64,000 bases of DNA. It comes from a virus (taxonomy: Duplodnaviria; Caudoviricetes). The DNA lies in IMG/VR virus record IMGVR_UViG_3300036779_000023, positions 897 to 64,896 of that record, one strand, 5' to 3'. The notes under the pieces were generated by a model. That model was not told the DNA's origin, searched no databases, and worked only from the letters and a program-made list of their open reading frames with translations. Each line of letters begins with the position of its first letter. Positions within the stretch are counted from its first letter, which is position 1. Shown here piece by piece: positions 1 through 8,779 of this stretch. A program made the position numbers and the translations under genes.

Positions 1-1489
1 CGATGCCGAGCATCGAGCCCTGATCCGGCGTCAGATTGTACTTCTTCAGAAGCGGGTCATGCCGGGCCGCGAGCTGGTTGCGGTACCACTCGCTGATCGG
101 CGAATGCTCGGCGAAATACAGCCCTTCGCCGCGCACGCCCGAGCCCTCGCCGGTGCCGATCTTGGAGGTGTCCATCTGGGTGAAGGCGTGCGGCGAGCCC
201 TGATAGACGATGATCGGCGCCGGACTGTTGCGGTCGCGCATCGTCCACTCCGGCATCAGTCCGACCTTCTGGTCGGCATATTTGGTGTCGGCGCCGCTGG
301 CGCTGCGGTTGAAGTCGCCGTGCGGGCCGTAGTTGACCCAGCTGTTCTGGCCGCGCGTCTCGGTCGTCATCGCCGGTCGCGCCAGATCGGAGTACATCGC
401 CGCATGCGATCGCCACGCGTTGTCCTCGCCGGCAGCGCGGAAGCCGTAGCCCTCCTTCAGGTGCCCGAAGTAGTCGTGCACGATGCGGAACAGGTCGTTG
501 TTGAGCAGCGGCACGCCGCCCAGCGTGCGGCCCGAGGGCTGCATCATCGGATGCGTCGACATGTCGATGCCGCCCTGCCCGGCGGTGCCGAAACCCTGAT
601 CGGTCGGAAAGAAATGCAGCCGGTTGTTTTCGATCACGTCCTTGGCCGCCAGCCTCGGCGTCGCCGCGTAGGGGTCCTCGCCCGGCGCATTGGCCACCAG
701 ATTCAGCTCGGGATGGTTTCGGCGCAGGTAGTCGTACTGGTCGCGGGTCTCCTTGATCATCGCGTCGTAGGAGTTTTTCACCGCCGGATTATCCGGATCG
801 TGCGGCATCTCCTCATAGGCCTGCGCGATATTCTTGGCGTGCTCCGGATCGAGCGGATGATACTGATCCGGTGTCTGGTGGTAGCTCGGCGTCGGCCGAT
901 CCCGCATGTAGCCTTCCGCAATGTCCTTGATCTTCGCGATCGGGCCCGGAATGTAGAGATCGTTGCCTACCTTGAGCGGGTTGGTGGGGAGGCCGGGGAG
1001 GGGAGCGTACCGTCCAGCCGCCTTTTCTGCTGATGCCTGTGCCGGTCCCAGCCGCGCGTCTCCTCCGCCATCTCCTCCGGGCTCAGCGGCGGCTGGTTGA
1101 GCCATTCCGGCTTCTGCTGTTGCTGCACCGGCTGCTTGGGCTTGTCCTGTGCCATGGCGTTTTCCTGTCAGTTGATCGACCCAGCTGTCGAAGGCTTCGC
1201 GCGCGCCGCCTGTGGCCGGCTTGGGCACCTCGGTCGCGAGGCCGCCGCCGGAGAACGATAGCGCGACGTTCATGGCACGGTCGATGTCCCGCTTGGTCAT
1301 GCTGAGGCGGGGATCGCGCGCCCTGATCTCCACCTCGCCGCCGGGATCGCTGATCGCACCGACCGGCTGGTTCAGCTTCGACCAGTCGACACCAGCCGGC
1401 GGAGCCGGTGGCGGCGCAGAGCGGGTGGCCGCGCCTTGATCGGGCGACCAGTCTTCCTCCGGCGCGAGCGAGCCGAAACCGTTTGCCAT
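1..1489 (-). CDS. Virion-associated polyvalent protein, partial (runs off left edge): zincin-like HDxxGH domain then ADP-ribosyltransferase-like domain
   Basis: Absent from ORF track (no stop in window). Manual translation from ATG 1489 is open to base 1: MANGFGSLAP...NDLFRIVHDYFGHLKEGYGFRAAGEDNAW...ETRGQNSWVNYGP...IIVYQGSPHAFTQMDTSKIGTGEGSGVRGEGLYFAEH. Confidence 0.8.
   Translation of the reverse strand, partial: MANGFGSLAPEEDWSPDQGAATRSAPPPAPPAGVDWSKLNQPVGAISDPGGEVEIRARDPRLSMTKRDIDRAMNVALSFSGGGLATEVPKPATGGAREAFDSWVDQLTGKRHGTGQAQAAGAATAEAGMAQPAAAEPGGDGGGDARLGPAQASAEKAAGRYAPLPGLPTNPLKVGNDLYIPGPIAKIKDIAEGYMRDRPTPSYHQTPDQYHPLDPEHAKNIAQAYEEMPHDPDNPAVKNSYDAMIKETRDQYDYLRRNHPELNLVANAPGEDPYAATPRLAAKDVIENNRLHFFPTDQGFGTAGQGGIDMSTHPMMQPSGRTLGGVPLLNNDLFRIVHDYFGHLKEGYGFRAAGEDNAWRSHAAMYSDLARPAMTTETRGQNSWVNYGPHGDFNRSASGADTKYADQKVGLMPEWTMRDRNSPAPIIVYQGSPHAFTQMDTSKIGTGEGSGVRGEGLYFAEHSPISEWYRNQLAARHDPLLKKYNLTPDQGSMLGI
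967..1155 (-). CDS. Small 62-aa ORF nested out of frame inside the 1-1489 gene
   Basis: SD-like ACAGGAAAA just upstream of ATG; about 53 of 62 codons end in G/C by hand count, while the host frame over the same bases is A/T-ending. Confidence 0.55.
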   Translation of the reverse strand: MAQDKPKQPVQQQQKPEWLNQPPLSPEEMAEETRGWDRHRHQQKRRLDGTLPSPASPPTRSR

Positions 1490-1490
1490 C

Positions 1491-3251
1491 TCACTGCCTC
1501 TGATCTTGCGGCATCAGCGAGCCGAACGCCGCGCCTGCACCAACCGTCCCGGCCAGCAGACCGGCACCGGCCTTGCCCGAAAGGATGAGATCGCGCGCCT
1601 TCTCGGGCGAGATGCCGAGCCGGTTGGCCGCCGTCATGATCTGCTTCGACAGCAGTTCGAGCTTCGGCGCCCCGAGCGCGCTCTCGACGCCCGTCTGCGG
1701 CCCCAGCGCCGTCCACAGCCGCGCCTGCGCCGGTACGCTTTCGAGCCCGAGCGGCTCCGCCACCTGATGCTGCCACCATGGCTGCGTCGTCTGATACTCC
1801 GGCGTCGAGAACGAGCCTTGGACGTCGGTCGGGCCTTTGCGCACGTCGGTCAGCCCGACACCGCGCGACCAGTGCGCGTCACCCACCTGCCCTTGGGTCT
1901 GGAAACCGGTCTCCGGAACGCCCGAGGCGCCGACATAGAGCGGCACCTTCGGCGCGTTGCTCTGGATCGAGCCCGCCGCGAGATACTTCGCCATCGGGCC
2001 GCCTTGCGCCGTCATGTGATAAGGGTGACCGCCGATGTACATCATGTCCTCGGGGAACGCGGCGCTGCCACGCTGCTCCTCCGGCACACCGGCATAGCGC
2101 AGGAAGTCCTCGAAACGGCCTTGGCTGGCCAGCCAGTGCGCGGCGGTGCCGCGCTGGATTTCCGTCATCACGTCACTGCCCGGGGAGGCCATGCCGGTCA
2201 GCGTGTTGAAGCGGTTGTAGCGCGGGATCGCTTCAGTCGGGCCATGCAGCTGCGCCATGCGCTCATAGACCGGGTCCATGATGTACCACGCATCGGCACC
2301 GCGCAGTCCTTCGTGCTTGCCCGCCTCAGCGAGGATGTCCTGTAGCCGCTGGGTGTTCTGCGGCGTCATCACCTGCAGCGCGGCGGCCGAGCCACGCGCC
2401 CGGGGACCGCCCGGCGGCACCGCCGGCAGCGCATTGCCGCGTCGGTCCTGCGCCATCTCCCAGAGATCGCCCCGGGTGACGCCGAACAGCCGCTGCATCG
2501 CCGGGTCTTCCGGGCCCACCTGCGCCGCCGCCTGCGCCGCGATCTCGCGCGGGTTGGCATAGATGCCCGGGTACATCATGCGCCGGGGCTCGCCGACCGT
2601 CTGCACCCGGAGATTGGGCGGCGCATCGACACCGGCGCTGACGACACCGCTGACCCCGGCGGTAGGCGTGTACGACCGCGCAGAAGGGGTCTGGGCGGGG
2701 CTGGGAGCCTCGCTGGGAGGCGCTTCTGGCGGGGCAGTCTCTGGTGCCGCCGGGCGGGCCGCCGCAACCCGCGCCATCGTGGGCTTCGCGGCGGGGGTTT
2801 CTGGTTGCTCCGGAGGCAGCTCCGGCTTCACGGTCGGCTTCTTGGCCTTGATCACCTTGGCCATGCCGGCGCCGAGCGCGGTCTCGCCGGCCGCACCTTC
2901 GACCGGGCCGCCGATCACGTAGGAGTACAGGTCGGCCAATTTCGGCTTCACCATCGTGACGCCTTCCGGCGTCTTGGCGAACGGCAATACGCCCGGCCGC
3001 CGCACCACCGTCAGCGGCTCGCCGGTGTCCTCATAGACCGGCCGCCCCGTCTCATCGGTGGTGACGCCTGCCGGCAGCTGCCCGGTCTGCGTCCCCAATA
3101 GATCGGGCTCCATCATCCACATCCTGCGCGGCTTCGGCGGCTCGTATCTGTCGGTGCCGCCGACCGGAAGCCCGGTGCCGGGATCGTAGTAGCGGTTCAT
3201 CAGCTCGTCGTCGGCCGAGCTGTCGGGTGCGAGGCTGCCGAATCCTGCCAT
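1491..3251 (-). CDS. Virion-associated protein, 586 aa, with a C-terminal DNA-glycosylase-like (HhH-GPD/DUF7178-like) motif set
   Basis: Start MAGFGSLAP at 3251 (TGATG overlap with upstream gene); motifs DAWY...ASP...PKV...VGDAHWSR...AQARLW; position among tail/ejection genes. Confidence 0.65.
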   Translation of the reverse strand: MAGFGSLAPDSSADDELMNRYYDPGTGLPVGGTDRYEPPKPRRMWMMEPDLLGTQTGQLPAGVTTDETGRPVYEDTGEPLTVVRRPGVLPFAKTPEGVTMVKPKLADLYSYVIGGPVEGAAGETALGAGMAKVIKAKKPTVKPELPPEQPETPAAKPTMARVAAARPAAPETAPPEAPPSEAPSPAQTPSARSYTPTAGVSGVVSAGVDAPPNLRVQTVGEPRRMMYPGIYANPREIAAQAAAQVGPEDPAMQRLFGVTRGDLWEMAQDRRGNALPAVPPGGPRARGSAAALQVMTPQNTQRLQDILAEAGKHEGLRGADAWYIMDPVYERMAQLHGPTEAIPRYNRFNTLTGMASPGSDVMTEIQRGTAAHWLASQGRFEDFLRYAGVPEEQRGSAAFPEDMMYIGGHPYHMTAQGGPMAKYLAAGSIQSNAPKVPLYVGASGVPETGFQTQGQVGDAHWSRGVGLTDVRKGPTDVQGSFSTPEYQTTQPWWQHQVAEPLGLESVPAQARLWTALGPQTGVESALGAPKLELLSKQIMTAANRLGISPEKARDLILSGKAGAGLLAGTVGAGAAFGSLMPQDQRQ

Positions 3252-4978
3252 CAGCGATCTCCCCCCAGCTGGCTGTCGGTCTGGGCGCCGCGCGCATAGG
3301 TCCACGCCGTGCCCGCCACGATGCGCACCCGCACCCGCTGGTAGCGGCTCTCGATGTCGAGCGGCGATTGCCCTTGGTCGTCGATCGCCGATTCGGCGGT
3401 GTAGGTGACGGCGCCCTGCGGCGAGTTGCGATAGCCGATCGAGCAGTAGACCTGCGTCGCGTCGGTGATCGGCATCACCGCATTGGTGAAGATGAACTGC
3501 CCTTTGCCGTCCGCGTCGCCGGTCTCCATGATCGCCTCCAGCGTCGGGCCGTTGAAGAAGCCGAGCTGGTTGAGGCTGTTGAAGCTCGACAGCGATGTGG
3601 TCGACGATTTCGCGACGCTGTCGAGCGAGAACGTCAGCGCATCGAGCGAGCCGCCGATCGCGCCGCCGCCGGTGTAGGTGTGCACGAACACCGAGCCGAC
3701 CAGCTCGATATGCGTGGCGTCGATGATATTGGGCTTCCATGTGCCGTTGGCCTCGACCGTGCCCTGCACGCCCTGCACCACGATGAAGTTCTGCCCGGCG
3801 ATGTTGAAGTAGCTGTTCGAGGTCGCCGACAAGGTCAGCCGGATCAGCGGCGGGTTGGTCGGCGACACCACGGCGCCCGTCACCAAGAGCTGCTGCGGCG
3901 CAATCGCGTCCATGCCCTCCAGCGTCACGCCGGGCTTGGCCAGCGAGGCGATGTACTCGCCGGTCACGTTGAGCCGGGCCCATTTGTTGAGCACGAAATC
4001 ATAGATCAGGATGCGATCGAACAGCGCGGTCTGGCCCGAGATGCTCTTGTAGGCCCAGAACACCCGCGTCGAGGTCGGATCGGAGGCGCCGATGATCAGC
4101 TGCGGGTTGGCTGGGTCGACGTCAGCGAAGAAAGTCTTGTCGGTGATCTCCTTGCCGATGAACTGCGCATCGCTGCCTGCAACAACCATCTTGAAGCCGG
4201 CGGCCCCGCAGAACAGCACGCGATTGCCGATGTTGATCACCGAATACTTGCCGTACAGCGCCTCCTGCGTCGACATGCGATAGAACTGGAAGATCGCCGC
4301 CGAGCCCGGCATGTAGGTCATCGAGCGGACCGACTGCTCCTGAAAAATCATCCCGAAGGCGTCGCCGCCGGTGACCGTCTGGCAGGAGCCGCCGTCCGGG
4401 AAGTCCTGAAAATCCGACAGCCCGACGCCCGCCGTCCACTGCTCCGGCAGATCGAGATCGCTCCACTGCACCCGCCGCTCGTTCGAGGTCAGCGCGCTCA
4501 AGACCACGAAAAAGCCGATCACCGCGATCGCCGCCGCGAACGGCGGCGTGCCGCCGAGGTCGACGAACAGGCTCGCGCTCGACAGGATGAACTTCTGTGG
4601 CGTGGTGTTGGCCTGACAGGCAATGACGAGATCGTTGAACTGCCCGAACGACCAGTTGTCGGTCGAGGGAATCGTCGCATAGGCGTTGGTGACGCCACCT
4701 TTCGACGCCAAGACCCATGCGAACGTGGTGTTGTTGAGGACATAGAGATCGGTCGCGGTGCCGGCGAAGATCGTGATCGATCCATCGGTCTTGCGGCCGA
4801 AGAAATAGCCGCGACAGGCGGACGGCAGCGCCGAGGTGAAGGTCTGCAAGGATAGCGCCGGGCCATAGCCGTCGCTCTTCGGCAGCACATTGAAGATCGC
4901 CTGCGAGATCGCCTGCCCGATCGGCGCCAAGTCCGGCGAGTAGTTGGGGAATGGGATGAGATCGCCGACATCTGCCAT
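3251..4978 (-). CDS. Tail nozzle / packaged-DNA stabilisation protein (P22 gp10-like)
   Basis: 575 aa, beta-rich, directly after the adaptor; typical podovirus order. Confidence 0.7.
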   Translation of the reverse strand: MADVGDLIPFPNYSPDLAPIGQAISQAIFNVLPKSDGYGPALSLQTFTSALPSACRGYFFGRKTDGSITIFAGTATDLYVLNNTTFAWVLASKGGVTNAYATIPSTDNWSFGQFNDLVIACQANTTPQKFILSSASLFVDLGGTPPFAAAIAVIGFFVVLSALTSNERRVQWSDLDLPEQWTAGVGLSDFQDFPDGGSCQTVTGGDAFGMIFQEQSVRSMTYMPGSAAIFQFYRMSTQEALYGKYSVINIGNRVLFCGAAGFKMVVAGSDAQFIGKEITDKTFFADVDPANPQLIIGASDPTSTRVFWAYKSISGQTALFDRILIYDFVLNKWARLNVTGEYIASLAKPGVTLEGMDAIAPQQLLVTGAVVSPTNPPLIRLTLSATSNSYFNIAGQNFIVVQGVQGTVEANGTWKPNIIDATHIELVGSVFVHTYTGGGAIGGSLDALTFSLDSVAKSSTTSLSSFNSLNQLGFFNGPTLEAIMETGDADGKGQFIFTNAVMPITDATQVYCSIGYRNSPQGAVTYTAESAIDDQGQSPLDIESRYQRVRVRIVAGTAWTYARGAQTDSQLGGDR

Positions 4979-5713
4979 TTAGAACGCCATCGGTTTGATG
5001 CGCGAACGCGTCGAGGTCACCTTGTTGGTCTCCGCCTTGAGGTCGCGCCACGCCAGATAGGTCTCGCCCGGCCGCCCGTTGTTGCCGTCAGGCTCCGGCG
5101 ACATCGCCATCGCCATCGCCATGTTGCGCGTGACATGGGTCGCGATCTCATACTTGGCCCGGCAGCGGATCAGCTTCTCGCCCTGCGCCGGCTGCATCCA
5201 CACATTGCTCTGGTCGATGTCGCTGGCGGGGCCGGCGAGCTGCAGATGGGCGCCGATATAGATCACATAGTTGGTCACCGGCACCGGATAGAGAATCACC
5301 GAATTGCCTTCGTAGGCCCAGCTGGTCGGCAGGCCGAACTGCGTGAACAGCTGGATGTTCAGATGCTGCCGCTCGGGCTCGACTTGCGTCAGCTTCATCA
5401 GCGTGTTGCCGATCTGGATGTTGAGGTAGTCGACGAAGTACATCGACGACAGGATCGGGCTGTCGGCCGAGGTGTAGACCGATTGCAGCCCGTTGGTGAT
5501 GAAGGTCGGCGGATTAGATGGCTGGATTTCGTTGAAGCGGAAGCGCTGCTTCTGGTAGACCGCGATCGCGGTAGCGATGGCGTTGCGGATCGCCTCGCTA
5601 TTCGGCGCGGCTTGCGTCGCCGAGCCGGGCAGGCCGGCCAGATCGAACCGTGCGCCCAGCTCCGCAGCGATGCGGAAGATCATCGACTGCAAGTCGGTTC
5701 CGGTGAAGGCCAT
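4979..5713 (-). CDS. Head-tail adaptor protein
   Basis: 244 aa; IRNAIATAI...RFRFNE, G.PTSWAYEGNSVILYPVP, LIRCRAK pattern recalled from podovirus adaptors; synteny. Confidence 0.7.
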   Translation of the reverse strand: MAFTGTDLQSMIFRIAAELGARFDLAGLPGSATQAAPNSEAIRNAIATAIAVYQKQRFRFNEIQPSNPPTFITNGLQSVYTSADSPILSSMYFVDYLNIQIGNTLMKLTQVEPERQHLNIQLFTQFGLPTSWAYEGNSVILYPVPVTNYVIYIGAHLQLAGPASDIDQSNVWMQPAQGEKLIRCRAKYEIATHVTRNMAMAMAMSPEPDGNNGRPGETYLAWRDLKAETNKVTSTRSRIKPMAF

Positions 5714-5727
5714 AGCACATCACGTCC

Positions 5728-6228
5728 TCATGCAATCTGGCAGTACCACCGCCCGATCGAGACCGAGTAGCAGCTCGCGACCTTGTTCGACGGCAGCGCC
5801 AATGCCGCGCCGGCGCCCAGCGCCGAACCGCCCGAGACGAACACATCGCTGCTCGCAAACGGCCAGATGTTCAGCGAGTTGGAAGTGTGGTTGATCACGA
5901 TCATATTGAGCGAGGCGTCAAGATTGGTCGGCGGTCCCAGAGCTGTGACGGACGGCATCTTCACGCCATCGCCGATGGTCGCGACCGTCGTCACCTGCGA
6001 GACGCCTGCGGAGAGCTGGTAGGACGTCAGGATGGTGCCGGATGGTGTCGCCGTGATGGCCTGCTCGACGCTCGATGCCGAGATGCCGGTCTGGATGATT
6101 TCGTTGGCGCCCTCACTGTTGCGCCCGTGGATCACCCATGCCAGCGCCGCTTGGATCGACAGCATGGTTGCGATGCCGATGCCGAAGGCCGCACCGCGCA
6201 GGAAAGACGATGTCAGCCGCTTGCGCAT
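5728..6228 (-). CDS. Structural-module protein with signal-peptide-like N-terminus, paralog 2
   Basis: Basic-hydrophobic-AxA N-terminus; shares TATPSGT..SYQL.AG...VTTVATIGD.VK.PS and NLDASLN with neighbour. Confidence 0.75.
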   Translation of the reverse strand: MRKRLTSSFLRGAAFGIGIATMLSIQAALAWVIHGRNSEGANEIIQTGISASSVEQAITATPSGTILTSYQLSAGVSQVTTVATIGDGVKMPSVTALGPPTNLDASLNMIVINHTSNSLNIWPFASSDVFVSGGSALGAGAALALPSNKVASCYSVSIGRWYCQIA

Positions 6229-6232
6229 CGCT

Positions 6233-6721
6233 TTACCCTACCACGCAGTACCAGCGCGCCTGTGCGGTCGAGGCCCAGCAGATCGCCGTCTTGTTCGCCG
6301 CGACCGCCATGACCGCGCCGGCCGCGCCTGCGGCACCATTGCCGGTGATGGCGTCAGTCGTCAAAAATGGCCAGACGTTCATCGAGTTGCCGGTGGTGTT
6401 GGCGATCACGACATTGAGGGAGGCGTCGAGATTCGACGGCGAGAACAGCGTCTGGATCGACGGCAGCTTCACGCTGTCGCCGATGGTCGCCACCGTGGTC
6501 ACGGAGGTGAAGCCGGCCGTGAGCTGGTAAGAGTTGGCCTGCGTGCCCGAAGGCGTCGCCGTCACGCTGAGATCGGTTGAGAGCGCGAGCAGTCCGGCCT
6601 GCAGGATGTTGCGGTTGTCGGTCGAGTTGCGGCCAATCACGCTGAGCGCCAGCGCCGATGACACCAGCGCCGCCAGCCCGAAGATGGCGCCCATCGCAGC
6701 CGCGTTGAGGAAGCGCTTCAT
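6233..6721 (-). CDS. Structural-module protein with signal-peptide-like N-terminus, paralog 1
   Basis: MKRFLNAAAMGAIFGLAALVSSALA leader; clear paralog of 5728-6228; both end in RWYC. Confidence 0.75.
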   Translation of the reverse strand: MKRFLNAAAMGAIFGLAALVSSALALSVIGRNSTDNRNILQAGLLALSTDLSVTATPSGTQANSYQLTAGFTSVTTVATIGDSVKLPSIQTLFSPSNLDASLNVVIANTTGNSMNVWPFLTTDAITGNGAAGAAGAVMAVAANKTAICWASTAQARWYCVVG

Positions 6722-6734
6722 GATCTCACCCTAC

Positions 6735-6763
6735 AAAAAGAGGCGGGCGGGGTCGGCCGCCCG
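6735..6763 (-). terminator. Intrinsic terminator after capsid/decoration genes
   Basis: Minus strand GGGCGG-ccgacc-CCGCCC followed by gcctcTTTTT. Confidence 0.7.
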
Positions 6764-6781
6764 GCCCAAGGCTGGGAGAAA

Positions 6782-7195
6782 CTACGACTGCCATCCGCCC
6801 TCGAACTCGATCACGACGATCGCTTGGCCTGCACTCGGTGCGCCAGTCGCGCTGTAGACCACCTGCGGCAGCACATCGCCGGCCGCCGTCAGCGAGCGGC
6901 CGAGGCCGCGCGTCACCGGCGTCACTGCCGCCGCCGTCCACGTCACATCGGCAGCGGCAACGATGTTGTTGTAGGTGGTCGGGTTGGTGCCGACCGTGAG
7001 CGTGGGCCCGGTGCCGTTGAACGCCGTCACCACCTCGACCAGAACAAGCGTGATGAAGGCGCCTTGCGGCAGATAGTTCGCCATCGGGGACGCGACGCCG
7101 GAGGCATTGTCGTTCCAGTTGACGGTCTTCTTCAGCGTGTTCGAGACTTGGCGCGGGTCCTGCCGTGCAGCCGTGCCGAGAACGCCAGTTGCCAT
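6782..7195 (-). CDS. Capsid decoration/cement protein
   Basis: 137 aa, beta-rich (VEVVTAFNG...LTVGT), directly after the major capsid gene. Confidence 0.65.
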   Translation of the reverse strand: MATGVLGTAARQDPRQVSNTLKKTVNWNDNASGVASPMANYLPQGAFITLVLVEVVTAFNGTGPTLTVGTNPTTYNNIVAAADVTWTAAAVTPVTRGLGRSLTAAGDVLPQVVYSATGAPSAGQAIVVIEFEGGWQS

Positions 7196-7205
7196 GTGAT
7201 CCTCC

Positions 7206-8318
7206 TTAGGTCGCGGGCGCCGCGTAGGTCGACATCACGATGGTCCCGTAGTCGATGTTGTTGTAACGGGTCTTCTTGATGCCGTGGATCGTCAGCGCGC
7301 TGATCTCCAGACGCCGCTTGTGGTCGAACAGCTCCTCATTCCACGTCAGCTTGTTCGGGCCGTTGTCGCGGCCGAACCCCATCATCGCGGCCTGTCCGCC
7401 GAGGAAGATTGCACGCCGGACAGTCGGAACGTCGGCGCCCGCCGCCGAGACGCCATCGGTCACATCGTAGGCCGAGCGCAGAATGGTCGAGTTGTACATG
7501 CCGATCGCGCCGGTGAAGATGCGGTTGTTGGTCTCCTCGCGGCCCATCGAGGCAGCCTTCTGGATGTCGATGAACTGGCCGGTCGAGGTGTTGCGCCGAA
7601 CCGCCGTGACTTGATACGGATGGAGGTAGGCGCAGTACATGTCCTCCAGCGTGTTGTTGTAGTCGCTGCGACCATTGGCGCGCGGTCCGGTGCCCTTGAT
7701 CCGGATCGGACGAATCAGCGGCGTCGCGGTGATCGCCGCTTCCTTGGCCTTGTCGATCATGTCCAAGGTGAAGGTGTCGCCCGCGACCAACAGATCGTCG
7801 GAAGCCCGGTTGGATTGCCGGATGATCCGGCCCGTCGAGGGCGCGGTGACCGGGTTGAGGCCGGTGTAGCGCACGTCGGTCTGGACGTTGTAGCCGCAAA
7901 CCTGATTGAAGAAAGCCACGCTGTAGCGTTTGGCGTACCAATCGCCGAGACGGCCTTTCGCCGTGTTGCGCAAGTCCCATGGCACGCGCTGCTGGTCGAT
8001 GGTGCGCCGGGATTTCACGCCTGCCACAGCCATCAGCTCGTTCACGACAAGCTGGTCGCTGTAGGTCGTCAGCGCCTCGCCATTGCCTTCCGCCAGTTGG
8101 TTCTCGGAAAAACCCGCCTGTGCGAGCTGCATGACGATCGCGTAGGTGATGGCGTCGCCCGGACCTTTCGACAGCGCGTCCTGCATGTGAATGATCGAGT
8201 TTTCGTCATCGCCGATGAGTGGAGCAATGGCCGTATACTTCAGCGCTTCATGGTCGAGCACACGCGACCAGAGCTTGACTGCCATTGAGTCGTTGACGGG
8301 GAATGAGGTCGTTCCCAT
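7206..8318 (-). CDS. Major capsid protein (N4-gp56/DUF4043-like)
   Basis: 370 aa; AVKLWSR, LSKGPGDAIT, EGNGEAL, LHPYQV..LR, G.IGMYN, GIKKTRYN..DYG motifs. Confidence 0.9.
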   Translation of the reverse strand: MGTTSFPVNDSMAVKLWSRVLDHEALKYTAIAPLIGDDENSIIHMQDALSKGPGDAITYAIVMQLAQAGFSENQLAEGNGEALTTYSDQLVVNELMAVAGVKSRRTIDQQRVPWDLRNTAKGRLGDWYAKRYSVAFFNQVCGYNVQTDVRYTGLNPVTAPSTGRIIRQSNRASDDLLVAGDTFTLDMIDKAKEAAITATPLIRPIRIKGTGPRANGRSDYNNTLEDMYCAYLHPYQVTAVRRNTSTGQFIDIQKAASMGREETNNRIFTGAIGMYNSTILRSAYDVTDGVSAAGADVPTVRRAIFLGGQAAMMGFGRDNGPNKLTWNEELFDHKRRLEISALTIHGIKKTRYNNIDYGTIVMSTYAAPAT

Positions 8319-8556
8319 AGGGCACCCTTGCGGTCGCGCCCGGCCCCAGATGGGGCCGTGGCACAGTTGCGTGCGATATGCGTGGGTGCAGAACGATTAG
8401 CGCTCGTCTGCGAGCGATAGGTCTCGCCGGATAACGGGCGGCGGTCTCGGAGGGTTTAACGGTGGCCCACAACAGAGGGGAAATTTAAGCGCCGATCCCC
8501 GGGGCGTGGAGGTGTTTTTACCTCACCCGGGCGGCCGAATCAAGCCACCCGGGAAC

Positions 8557-8769
8557 TCAGGTCAGATGTTGCAGCTGGCGCAGCAGCGGGACCAGCAGGT
8601 AAAAGATGATGATCAGCGCCAGCACCGCGATCAGCAGAACCCTGACGACTTGCGCGACCTGCGGCGGCAGCGGGATCAGCGGCAGCAACTGCTCGATTAC
8701 CCACCAGATGAGGCCAAGCACCAAGAGCGCAATGATCAGCTCAATGAGCAGGGTGATCATGCCGGTCAT
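8557..8769 (-). CDS. Small two-TM membrane protein (Thivi_2564-like)
   Basis: 70 aa; two hydrophobic helices separated by LPLIPLPPQV. Confidence 0.7.
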   Translation of the reverse strand: MTGMITLLIELIIALLVLGLIWWVIEQLLPLIPLPPQVAQVVRVLLIAVLALIIIFYLLVPLLRQLQHLT

Positions 8770-8779
8770 GCCCGTTCTC

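Noticed and set aside
59-1033. Long plus-strand ORFs across the late region (for example 59-1033, 3227-4855, 7284-8288, 10910-12064, 14597-15556, 60071-61423)
   Set aside because: Antisense shadows of GC3-rich genes; no SD, R/A/G-rich, no motifs
2576-2767. Possible second nested ORF in the linker of 1491-3251
   Set aside because: TTG start without SD; the host frame keeps mostly normal codon bias and the product is R/P shadow-like
3252-3983. Upstream 244-aa extension of the 1491-3983 ORF
   Set aside because: Off-frame overlap with the nozzle gene and Arg/Gly-rich shadow composition; TGATG coupling marks 3251 as the start
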